Virus record (IMG/VR): IMGVR_UViG_3300024333_000003
DNA from: a virus
Taxonomy: Duplodnaviria; Heunggongvirae; Uroviricota; Caudoviricetes
Direction: 5' to 3' (one strand)
DNA length: 64,000 bases
The notes under the pieces were generated by a model that worked only from the letters and a program-made list of their open reading frames with translations, had not been told where the DNA came from and did no database searches. Each line of letters begins with the position of its first letter. The first letter of the stretch is position 1. Shown one piece after another: positions 56,693 through 64,000 of this stretch. Position numbers and translations under genes: made by a program.

Positions 56693-57339
56693 GAAAAGTA
56701 CATTTTTTACTTTTCAAAAAAACTTTTTACCCAAAAAATCCGAAAAAATTTTCCTTCGCAAAAAATTCTCATTTTGATACACTTTTTTGGTCAAAAACCC
56801 CAATGATTTTGCAACAAAAAATGACCGGTGCAGCAGCGGACCCGCATAAACAGGGGCCAGAAAAATTTTTTTCAAAATCAACTTCGACCGGTCCCATGAA
56901 AAATCGCATTTCCGATCAATGAAATCAGCTTAAAGTAAATTGTGAACTCAGAATTAGACCTATTTATATTTATTTTTAGTAAAAGTAATAATATTCTAAA
57001 GTTGAAATAAAATTGATTTTCAAATATTAAAAAACGACCCCTAAAAATGAGGATCGATATTACGCTAAAACCCTCATTTTTATTTAAGATTTTACTTTAG
57101 CGTGGTGTGCTAAGTGCTTAATTTATAAGAACTTAATCCCTCAAAAACGCGAAAAACGCGACCGGTCCCTAAACGGCGATTTTGTTCCAAAATCGCTAAT
57201 TTCAAAACGTAAGTTTAAAGGCCTTCAATCAACTGCTTAAAATACACCAAAACGGCCATTTAATTTTGTCACGCGACTTTGTCAAAAATATGATAAAATG
57301 ACGAAAAAATCTGCTTGTGGTCCCATAGCCATTCACCGT
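56693..57339. other. ORF-free A-tract-rich region, a candidate replication origin or regulatory hub
   Basis: Multiple A5-7 tracts. GACCGGTCC appears twice. AAAAACGCG is repeated directly. Divergent promoter-like elements. Confidence 0.35.
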
Positions 57340-57348
57340 GGTATAAGA
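57340..57348 (+). promoter_or_regulatory. GGTATAAGA promoter element
   Basis: gTGGTATAAGAACATAGAAaggag upstream of gene 57368. Confidence 0.5.
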
Positions 57349-57367
57349 ACATAGAAAGGAGTATATT

Positions 57368-57910
57368 ATGAAATACGCAATATTACTCATTAGCACGATT
57401 CTTTTATATAACGTGATAGATTCCAGCACATTACCAAAAATTACGTCTATACAGGAACTGTGCGAAATTAGACAGGTGTCCTATAGTATGATCAAACGAC
57501 AAATATTCCGTGAGTCGTCTTATCGACCACATGTTATCAGCCATAAAGGCGCGGTAGGATTAATGCAGGTGTTGCCATCAACTGCCAGCGATTTCTGTCA
57601 ATATTCAATAACTATCGAAATGTTGAAAGATAAATTATTCAACGTAACTATAGGAATACGCTACTTATTGCATTTGCGTGGATTTTATATTTATCTAGGA
57701 TATGATTCGAGCAAAGCAATGCAGTTAGCCATGTGTTCATACTATGAAGGACCCGGTGCTACTATATCTAGGCACTTCAAGGGTAAGCTTTGTAAGGCAA
57801 CAAAAAAAGCTTACTATAGATATTATGTATTTAATAAAACACCAAAACCATTAACCAATTTGCCTAAAGTTAAATTAAACTCTTACGCAAAATTTATTGT
57901 CGGAGTATAA
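57368..57910 (+). CDS. SLT-domain lytic transglycosylase with an N-terminal signal/SAR-like hydrophobic segment
   Basis: FRESSYRPHVISHKGAVGLMQVLPSTA. N-terminus MKYAILLISTILLYNV. Confidence 0.65.
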   Translation: MKYAILLISTILLYNVIDSSTLPKITSIQELCEIRQVSYSMIKRQIFRESSYRPHVISHKGAVGLMQVLPSTASDFCQYSITIEMLKDKLFNVTIGIRYLLHLRGFYIYLGYDSSKAMQLAMCSYYEGPGATISRHFKGKLCKATKKAYYRYYVFNKTPKPLTNLPKVKLNSYAKFIVGV

Positions 57911-58445
57911 TATGAATATAGCGATTCACTTTGCCGACTTCAATGCATATGGGTGTCCGCAATGCGGGTGTTCTTCCGCTACTGGTTATCTTTCTGGGAA
58001 TGGGACAACTTGCGTACAATGCCTTGAATGCAAGGAAGCTTTTTATATTGTTTCGGATCATCTATCAGTATCTACCATAGGTCATGGTGATCCTGCCGTA
58101 TTTCCAGAGGTATCACCACATCCACGTGCGCATGTTCCAGCACATAATTTGGTAGTGCCAGACAACCCACCTCCCGAGGGGGAATATTTTGCGCCCAGAG
58201 GTGTTGGTTATGATTTGGCTGGATTTGTAAGATGTAAGCAAGCCGGAGAACGAATAGTTCAAATGTTTACAGAGATACTACGGTGTAAACCAAAAACTTT
58301 TCTTGATTATCGTCCAAATGAACCACTGTGGATTCAGGTTAAGGTAAAAGCTGAAGATCATATAGATCTTGAAAAACTTAACGAACTTACGCAAAACGGA
58401 ATCATTACAAAACAAAAGATACAGCAATGTTTAATTCAGGTATAA
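57897..58445 (+). CDS. Cys-rich (zinc-ribbon) protein
   Basis: CPQCGC...CVQCLEC. Confidence 0.3.
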   Translation: MSEYNMNIAIHFADFNAYGCPQCGCSSATGYLSGNGTTCVQCLECKEAFYIVSDHLSVSTIGHGDPAVFPEVSPHPRAHVPAHNLVVPDNPPPEGEYFAPRGVGYDLAGFVRCKQAGERIVQMFTEILRCKPKTFLDYRPNEPLWIQVKVKAEDHIDLEKLNELTQNGIITKQKIQQCLIQV

Positions 58446-58447
58446 GA
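58439..58447 (+). promoter_or_regulatory. GGTATAAGA promoter element
   Basis: aGGTATAAGAt, followed by a ~460-nt ORF-free region. Confidence 0.45.
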
Positions 58448-58448
58448 T

Positions 58449-58903
58449 AATAAGTACCAAAGCTATCATTATATGGAAGGCGCATACCAACCATATTAAT
58501 GATTAAATCATGTTACTCTAATCTGCGGACGTGAGTGTGGTTCTAAATAGTAGTATGCTAACGCGAAGCATATACTAAAAGGGACCGTTGGAAGATAACA
58601 ACGTATTATCTCCAAACTGGTGATGACTATGCAAAAGTCGTTGCTTGGGTGATGATAAAAGCAGGTACTCTTTTCAGCCTATTCAATGTATGACTGAAGG
58701 GTATGCGCGAACAAAAAATTCATCCAACCTACATTGGGTCTATGCATCTACATAGGGTTGGGTCGAACTGGACTATTACTAGGATAGCCGAGGGGTACCG
58801 GCGAAAAGGTACAGTGTGTACATCGAAATACATACTTCTGAATACTAGATGATTCAGCCAAGAACAAAATCTGGAGGATCGTCCTAGCGGATCCTCCATT
58901 TTA
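58449..58903 (+). ncRNA. candidate non-coding RNA (a promoter-to-terminator unit with no ORF of 30 aa or more). Function unknown.
   Basis: Bounded by the promoter at 58439 and the terminator at 58873. Locally higher GC. Several hairpins, e.g. gtatgct-N7-agcatac. Confidence 0.3.
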
Positions 58904-58905
58904 AA
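58873..58905 (+). terminator. stem-loop terminator
   Basis: ggaggatc-N9-gatcctcc followed by ATTTT. Confidence 0.55.
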
Positions 58906-58915
58906 GGAGTAATTT

Positions 58916-59104
58916 ATGAGCTGGAGAAATGTTTTTTGTTCTGCCCATGTTCGTTGGGAAGGTATATTGTCTGTTCAAAGAGTAGCAAGAGCGAGTGGTT
59001 ATGAGTTCTATACCTGGAACGATAAAGTATATCGTACAGATGATAATAAATACAAACCACATGCTATAATTAATGGCGATGATTTTGAAATAGGTGTACC
59101 ATGA
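58916..59104 (+). CDS. hypothetical protein
   Basis: RBS aaaggag. Confidence 0.35.
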   Translation: MSWRNVFCSAHVRWEGILSVQRVARASGYEFYTWNDKVYRTDDNKYKPHAIINGDDFEIGVP

Positions 59105-59496
59105 TCACAATTCGAGAATCATTAACACCATCATTATGTATGGAAGGAATATGTCCAAACGATGCCGCCATATATCTATTCAATCGTAGAGCCCATACAT
59201 TGGCACGGTTGATATATGTATCTCCTGAAAAAATAGTTCTTCAAGGAACTGTAATGCCTAAGTATCTTCATTTACAAATAGCCGCGACCGGCGCTCCAAT
59301 GCCGATGTCGTTATTGTTACATATGTTTGCAGAGATCGAATTTAATAATAAAGTATTAATAGGATCTCTATCAGATTTCAAACACCATTTTTTCAGGGCT
59401 TGGGGCATGCCTGTGCCTGAACAACCACCTGAAAGCTTTTTTAAAGAACGATTAGATCAATGTATTTTACAACAGCTTACTCCTATCCCATTGTAG
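59101..59496 (+). CDS. hypothetical protein
   Basis: ORF. Confidence 0.3.
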   Translation: MITIRESLTPSLCMEGICPNDAAIYLFNRRAHTLARLIYVSPEKIVLQGTVMPKYLHLQIAATGAPMPMSLLLHMFAEIEFNNKVLIGSLSDFKHHFFRAWGMPVPEQPPESFFKERLDQCILQQLTPIPL

Positions 59497-59582
59497 CCCG
59501 ATGCCCAGAACCATTAGGTTACTTCTTTCCTGAACCGGCAGCACAACATACTGTCGGTTCAGTAGTTAATTTGGAGATCATT

Positions 59583-59741
59583 ATGAAAATAAATAATTTT
59601 GTTAAGATTGCAGTAATATGTTTAGTGACATCTCTTTTTTGTATATGTTGGTGCGCCATCCTTAATCCCGAAGGAATATTTTTCTTCTCGCTTACTGCTG
59701 GAGCCGCGTTTTTAATAATCTCGCAAGGAAATAAAACATGA
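59583..59741 (+). CDS. small 2-TM membrane protein, a holin candidate (start trimmed to MKINNF)
   Basis: RBS ggag. IAVICLVTSLFCICWCAIL...FFFSLTAGAAFLII. Confidence 0.3.
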   Translation: MKINNFVKIAVICLVTSLFCICWCAILNPEGIFFFSLTAGAAFLIISQGNKT

Positions 59742-59965
59742 GTACCAAAGATATAATTTATACGGGCATACTTATTCTTTTTGCCGTAATATTATTTGAA
59801 CAACAGCTACAGATAAATGATAATTACACTGAAGCACAAATGCGACAACTAGATTATGTAGCTGAGAAAGCAAAAATTAAGGATCGTATGAAACAAATGC
59901 AAAAGACAATCGACAGTTTAAAGATATCTTCTGATTCTATAAAAACTTATTATCTATATCATTAA
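59738..59965 (+). CDS. small membrane protein with 1 TM plus coiled coil, a holin/spanin candidate
   Basis: IIYTGILILFAVILF followed by a charged coiled coil. Confidence 0.3.
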   Translation: MSTKDIIYTGILILFAVILFEQQLQINDNYTEAQMRQLDYVAEKAKIKDRMKQMQKTIDSLKISSDSIKTYYLYH

Positions 59966-59974
59966 AGGAGCATT

Positions 59975-60136
59975 ATGCAAAATGTTAATATTTATGCTGT
60001 AATTGGTTTTATTGTAGCGTTGTTATTAGATTTTTTGGCGATACAATTAATACTATTCAAAAATAAGCGCTGGGGGCTAGTCCTACACATATTTTGTATG
60101 ATTCTAGCTTTCATCTCGGGATTTTATCTTCTATGA
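59975..60136 (+). CDS. small 2-TM membrane protein (53 aa, below the ORF-track threshold)
   Basis: RBS aaaggag 5 nt upstream. ATGA overlap with the next gene. Confidence 0.35.
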   Translation: MQNVNIYAVIGFIVALLLDFLAIQLILFKNKRWGLVLHIFCMILAFISGFYLL

Positions 60137-60624
60137 TACGCCTCGGAATAGTACCTATAGATGAGGTATTCACACAGATTTATGACGGCCGAGGGCGTCC
60201 AGATCGATTAATCTGTGGACAATGGATACACATGGAGTCAATACGTTATAAGGTATTTCGTCAAAGCCTAAGCTGTAAACACTGCGGACTACGTGGAGAA
60301 TATTTTGCTGTGGAAAAACATATTCACGGGTACGATGCCAGTGTTGAGAACACCAGATATCATCTTAATTTATACGCACGTGTTGGTGATGAAGAAATAT
60401 TATTTACTAAAGATCATATATTACCCAAGTCACTGGGCGGCAAAGATGACCTAGAAAATTTGCAGACATTATGTGTTAAATGCAACCATAAAAAAGGTAA
60501 CAATATAATAAAGGACCAGCATTTGATTCCTTGGCCAAGTAAACGAATTAAGATGAAAATGATTGCAGAAGCTGTTAAACAAAAGAAAGGAGTAGTCTAT
60601 GGCGGTATATGTAATGTGTTCTAA
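60133..60624 (+). CDS. HNH endonuclease (start trimmed to MIRLG)
   Basis: HILPKSLGGKDDLENLQTLCVKCNHKKGN. Confidence 0.65.
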   Translation: MIRLGIVPIDEVFTQIYDGRGRPDRLICGQWIHMESIRYKVFRQSLSCKHCGLRGEYFAVEKHIHGYDASVENTRYHLNLYARVGDEEILFTKDHILPKSLGGKDDLENLQTLCVKCNHKKGNNIIKDQHLIPWPSKRIKMKMIAEAVKQKKGVVYGGICNVF

Positions 60625-60829
60625 ACACGGAGAATGCAAAAATGCACATCCAGGCGATCCGTGTCCTAGGTGCGGAAAGCCTGTGATTCAAACCGTGTTA
60701 ACGTCAAAGCCAACACATATTCCCCGTGATCTAGGGAATCAAGTTGGTAGTATAAGTCATCGTACCCATAGCGACTATGAGCATGTTTCTATGGGAGGTC
60801 GAATTCTACCACATCGTATCATTAATTAA
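60599..60829 (+). CDS. small zinc-ribbon protein
   Basis: C..HGEC...CPRCGKP. Confidence 0.3.
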   Translation: MAVYVMCSKHGECKNAHPGDPCPRCGKPVIQTVLTSKPTHIPRDLGNQVGSISHRTHSDYEHVSMGGRILPHRIIN

Positions 60830-60860
60830 CATATTAACCACATTTTTTAAGGAGTAATTT

Positions 60861-61820
60861 ATGCTTGTATTTATCGGAATATTGGGATGTATTGGTATGG
60901 CTTATGGTATAATTGGTATTGTAAACAAAAAGAATCCGGAGTTTCGATTACGCGCTCCTCGTACCATACTCGCCATTGGATTTATAGTTTTCATTGCTAT
61001 CATCAATTTCAAGATTGTTAACGGACAAAAAGTTGGTGTGTTATTTAAACCTAGTGGTATTGATACGGTAGCAGTTCAGTCCGGCTGGCGCTTTGTACCA
61101 ATATGGTATGATCTTTTTCTTATGGATAAAACTGTACAGGTATACACATTTTCAAATAAGCATAATGAGGGCGCAAAAAGTGAGTATGACGCTATATGGG
61201 CTCCTACCAAAGATGGTATCAAGATGGGATTTAATCTTACCGTACCTTGGCGTATAGATCCAAATTATGCACCATGGATTTATGCCAATGTAAGTGAACA
61301 AGATGGTAAAGATCGGTTTGAGTGGATCGAAGAAAACATTATCCGACCAATGGCAGTTGCGGCTCTACAAATGTCGGCCAATGATTTTACCCCTGTTGAA
61401 CTGTATGGTGAACGTCGTAAAGATTTACAGGCAGCGGCTTGGAAAAAAATGCAAGCTAGTTTCCGTGAATATCATATTCTTTGCGATGGCATATCTCTTA
61501 GAGAGGTATTTTATAATGAAGCATATGAAGCCATGATAAACAAGAAAAAACTTGAAGAACAAGAAAAGCTACGTCTTGAGGTTGTAACACAGCAAAAAAT
61601 CGAACTCAAGAAACAAGCCGATATAGATAAATCGATTGCAATAGTCGGAGCTGAGGGGCGGGCGCGTGCATTGCAAATCGAGGGGCAATCTGTTACTAAC
61701 AATCCAAAAATAGTAGCACTAAAATGGATCGAAAGGTGGAATGGGCAACCTCCACAAACATATGTAGGTGGAGCTGGAAAAGAGCCGATGTTTATATTGG
61801 ATTTGAAAGACACTAAGTAA
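60861..61820 (+). CDS. SPFH/band-7 (stomatin/prohibitin/HflKC-like) membrane protein
   Basis: N-terminal TM helices. SPFH-like core VGVLFKPSGIDTVAVQSGWRFVPIW. C-terminal coiled coil. Confidence 0.55.
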   Translation: MLVFIGILGCIGMAYGIIGIVNKKNPEFRLRAPRTILAIGFIVFIAIINFKIVNGQKVGVLFKPSGIDTVAVQSGWRFVPIWYDLFLMDKTVQVYTFSNKHNEGAKSEYDAIWAPTKDGIKMGFNLTVPWRIDPNYAPWIYANVSEQDGKDRFEWIEENIIRPMAVAALQMSANDFTPVELYGERRKDLQAAAWKKMQASFREYHILCDGISLREVFYNEAYEAMINKKKLEEQEKLRLEVVTQQKIELKKQADIDKSIAIVGAEGRARALQIEGQSVTNNPKIVALKWIERWNGQPPQTYVGGAGKEPMFILDLKDTK

Positions 61821-61821
61821 C

Positions 61822-61830
61822 GGTATAAGA
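61822..61830 (+). promoter_or_regulatory. GGTATAAGA element
   Basis: aCGGTATAAGAat. Confidence 0.35.
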
Positions 61831-61878
61831 ATATAAGTACACGATACCCTCCCTTTCGTGTATCTAAGCCTTCCTAAT

Positions 61879-61916
61879 GCACGAGTTTCTGACTGGTTAC
61901 TCGTGCATTTTTTTTA
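61879..61916 (+). terminator. rho-independent terminator
   Basis: gcacgagt-N12-actcgtgc followed by a T9 run. Confidence 0.8.
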
Positions 61917-61918
61917 CG

Positions 61919-61927
61919 GGTATAAGA
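61919..61927 (+). promoter_or_regulatory. GGTATAAGA promoter element
   Basis: cGGGTATAAGAt upstream of gene 61953. Confidence 0.45.
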
Positions 61928-61952
61928 TTAAATAACGAAAGGAGAACCAGTC

Positions 61953-63170
61953 ATGGAAAAAGATTATGATATGATCGTAAAACGACGATCAAGAAAAAAG
62001 ATTCGTAAATTTATTCAGCACAACCTTGTTGGTGATGCTAAGAATAAAAAAGTATTATTTCTTCCAGGGGTCACCGCGTATGATGTATTTGAAATTTTTG
62101 ATCCATTAGGGTTCAAGAGGGAAAACTTATATGGTTTAGAATGTAATCCTTCGCTGTATCCTCAAGTACAAAAAATTGCGCAACAGTTAAAATTTAATCT
62201 ATTACCAAGGACTACCTATGCTGATTTCGCAACAATCACCACTCAGGTATTTGATGTAATGTGGCTTGATTTTCAAGGACAATTTACACAAATTGGTGGC
62301 ACGTCCCCTAATATCTTAGCCAAAGATGGTATTGTAATCACTAATTTTTTGGGAGCACGTGAAAACGGATTTTCTGCCGAAACCTACGCTTTTATGAAAA
62401 ATATCTATAAAGATTTAAACAAAGAGGCGCTTGTCAGTGTTTTTGTATTAAGCATGTTTTCCGAGAATTACCCTTGTAATGCAGTCGATTTTGTGACCGG
62501 TATGAATAAAGAGGAATTCGATAATTCATTTCACGAACGGATATCAGCAACAAGTACAAATAATGTAATCTCCGAGGATACATGGGAATGTATAGAAGAG
62601 GATGCCGTAAACATGACACGTAGATATTGTCAAGATTTATTAAAAGAATTCCTCAAAGCTGCTGATCATAACATTCCCTATGAGGCGCTTGCAAAATTCT
62701 TGTGGGCAGCCAAAGTTCAGCCACGTCGTGTGATGGATCACTCTGCATTTAAGTACAATAGTAATCCTAGCCCCATGTTCATTGATATGTTTTCATTTGC
62801 TCCAATAATGATAAATATGCATATTCCAGCAACCATACAGACATTAGAGCAAGCCTTAAAAGATATTGTAGATCATGGAACAGCAGCATTAGTGTCCACC
62901 ATATGTGAAGCGCTAGATTGGTTTATAGATCGAAACGTAGTTCCCACAATACAAGCCCGTATTGATCTGGGAAAAGAAAAAGAGGCGGAAAGGAGAATAC
63001 TTATGGATTCAATACGAGTTCATTTAAAAGCAGGCGACAAAATGCAGGCGGCGAAGGTCTTAGTAGAAAAAAATCCTACTATGTCTTCAAACGCTATTGC
63101 TAAGTTGACCGGCACCAAGAAAATGGCCGTTGCGGGACTTAAGGCACATAGAACCCGACGGCTAGGTTAA
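61953..63170 (+). CDS. hypothetical protein (405 aa) with a C-terminal HTH-like segment
   Basis: RBS aaaggag. Confidence 0.35.
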   Translation: MEKDYDMIVKRRSRKKIRKFIQHNLVGDAKNKKVLFLPGVTAYDVFEIFDPLGFKRENLYGLECNPSLYPQVQKIAQQLKFNLLPRTTYADFATITTQVFDVMWLDFQGQFTQIGGTSPNILAKDGIVITNFLGARENGFSAETYAFMKNIYKDLNKEALVSVFVLSMFSENYPCNAVDFVTGMNKEEFDNSFHERISATSTNNVISEDTWECIEEDAVNMTRRYCQDLLKEFLKAADHNIPYEALAKFLWAAKVQPRRVMDHSAFKYNSNPSPMFIDMFSFAPIMINMHIPATIQTLEQALKDIVDHGTAALVSTICEALDWFIDRNVVPTIQARIDLGKEKEAERRILMDSIRVHLKAGDKMQAAKVLVEKNPTMSSNAIAKLTGTKKMAVAGLKAHRTRRLG

Positions 63171-63178
63171 TAAGTAAA

Positions 63179-63207
63179 ATGTGACGAATATCCGTCACAT
63201 TTTTTTA
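63179..63207 (+). terminator. rho-independent terminator
   Basis: atgtgacg-aatatc-cgtcacat followed by a T7 run. Confidence 0.85.
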
Positions 63208-63214
63208 CTATTTT

Positions 63215-63223
63215 GGTATAAGA
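63215..63223 (+). promoter_or_regulatory. GGTATAAGA promoter element
   Basis: tTGGTATAAGAat. Confidence 0.45.
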
Positions 63224-63283
63224 ATCATGTTTCCAAGAACGGGAGCGGCATCGGAGATGCGGTGGTAGGAGGGTGGGGATTTT

Positions 63284-63292
63284 GGTATAAGA
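63284..63292 (+). promoter_or_regulatory. GGTATAAGA promoter element
   Basis: tTGGTATAAGAt. Confidence 0.45.
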
Positions 63293-63621
63293 TTATAGTC
63301 CAGTAATATAACTAGCTAGTTTGTAGAACCAGTAAAAAAATGTCAAAGATATTAACATAACTTGATTTGTTAACTTCGGGTTTTAATACATTTATGGAGT
63401 CGACGACTCTAGCTGCCTGGTGAAGATATATTATGTGTCATATAAGGACCTTGTGTAAACCCAATAACCCCTAAGACGGGAAGGAGAGACTCGGGTAGAT
63501 AATGTGATAGGACACCAAGGCTGCCGGGGCTTATCTCCGGCAGCTAATTATTCGAAACTGGTAAATAACTGATGAATGTAGTTCAGTATAACTCCAAATC
63601 ACAGGCCAGTATCCCTGGCCT
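63293..63621 (+). ncRNA. candidate structured leader or ncRNA (ORF-free, two strong hairpins)
   Basis: gctgccgg-N9-ccggcagc at about 63513-63537. 10-bp stem cacaggccag-N5-ctggcctgtg at about 63599-63623. Confidence 0.25.
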
Positions 63622-63999
63622 GTGCACCGAAAGGAAGGTATTATCATGTTTGAAAACACCATAGACACGATGTCAACGTTAGTCGGTGTTTGTTTAGAAA
63701 TAGAATTTCCAAATCACCTTGTTGATTTTCCCGACTTCCGTGTAATTCGCTCATTTCCATTTTGTACTGAACTAGGGGGATCCCAGCTAAAAATTTGTGG
63801 TCATGTCGCTGATCAATTGCTACTGGCACGCCGAGCTATATTAATGGCTCCTCCCAACAGTCTGTTACACAGTTTAGCGATAAAGATTGAACACGATATC
63901 GTTCGTACAGCGGCAATGTATATGGGCTGTGCTCCACAGTCCTTAGTTTTACGCAGACACCCTCAAGAGACTCAAACAATTGTAGTTGTCAGGTTATAA
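63622..63999 (+). CDS. hypothetical protein, 3'-truncated by the window edge
   Basis: RBS aaggaagg. ORF runs to the end of the window. Confidence 0.35.
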   Translation: MHRKEGIIMFENTIDTMSTLVGVCLEIEFPNHLVDFPDFRVIRSFPFCTELGGSQLKICGHVADQLLLARRAILMAPPNSLLHSLAIKIEHDIVRTAAMYMGCAPQSLVLRRHPQETQTIVVVRL

Positions 64000-64000
64000 C

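Noticed and set aside
57229-57429. 66-aa minus-strand ORF inside the long non-coding region
   Set aside because: It has a low-complexity hydrophobic sequence and no RBS. It overlaps the plus-strand promoter and start of the SLT gene. It is judged spurious.
1-64000. CRISPR arrays, integrase/attachment sites, rRNA or tRNA genes
   Set aside because: No regularly spaced direct repeats were seen. There is no tyrosine/serine recombinase signature. A search for tRNA T-loop-like GGTTCGAATCC/GTTCRA motifs in the ORF-free regions (56.6-57.4 kb, 58.4-58.9 kb, 63.2-63.6 kb) found nothing convincing. tRNAscan would be the definitive check.

Overview
This 64-kb window is a gene-dense, AT-rich (roughly 37% GC by eye) segment of a large tailed dsDNA phage. 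It is probably a myovirus-like virion with sheath-like and tube-like proteins. Strong AGGAG-type ribosome-binding sites and TTGACA-17-TATAAT-like promoters suggest a host with classical sigma-70/sigma-A promoters, possibly low-GC Gram-positive. There is no integrase, att site, CRISPR array, rRNA or recognisable tRNA.

Layout along the window:
- 1-4.1 kb (+): a replication/early block with an SLT-domain lytic transglycosylase, a complete RpoD-like sigma factor, a family-A DNA polymerase interrupted by a ~273-nt group-I-intron-like element inside motif A, and a MazG-like dNTP pyrophosphohydrolase.
- 4.1-8.2 kb (-): tail sheath-like and tube-like structural genes.
- 8.5-10.5 kb (-): an unusual fusion of a LigD-type 3'-phosphoesterase with an ATP-dependent ligase.
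- 10.5-22.4 kb (-): a 12-kb contiguous sugar-nucleotide tailoring island. It holds three NDP-sugar dehydratase/epimerases, an RmlC-like cupin, an SDR, a TylF-like methyltransferase, a split transketolase, an E1 alpha/beta-like ThDP pair, a B12-binding radical-SAM enzyme and putative glycosyltransferases. An HNH endonuclease gene (22416-22700) sits just upstream. This is the most striking feature of the window.
- 23.4-38.9 kb (-): a head/packaging module. It contains an HK97-like candidate major capsid protein, scaffold-like proteins with an internal duplication, and a large terminase interrupted by a 360-aa LAGLIDADG intein.
- 39-47 kb: early-type small genes, including a HAD phosphatase, another HNH, a thioredoxin-like protein, a lipoprotein and Cys-rich paralogs.
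- 48.2-55.0 kb (-): a tail/baseplate module with many Gly-zipper proteins.
- 56.65-57.36 kb: a 700-bp ORF-free A-tract-rich region that is a candidate origin or regulatory hub.
- 57.4-64 kb (+): a second SLT protein, a candidate ~460-nt ncRNA, small membrane proteins (possible holin/spanin), a third HNH and an SPFH/band-7 protein.

Two promoter classes are visible. Plus-strand units are preceded by a conserved 9-mer GGTATAAGA (13 copies, all on the + strand and intergenic). Minus-strand structural operons use TTGACA-17-TAnAnT promoters; five such promoters were found, and four of them have the ATG exactly 5 nt after the -10, implying leaderless mRNAs. The GGTATAAGA and TTGACA elements often sit back-to-back as divergent pairs.
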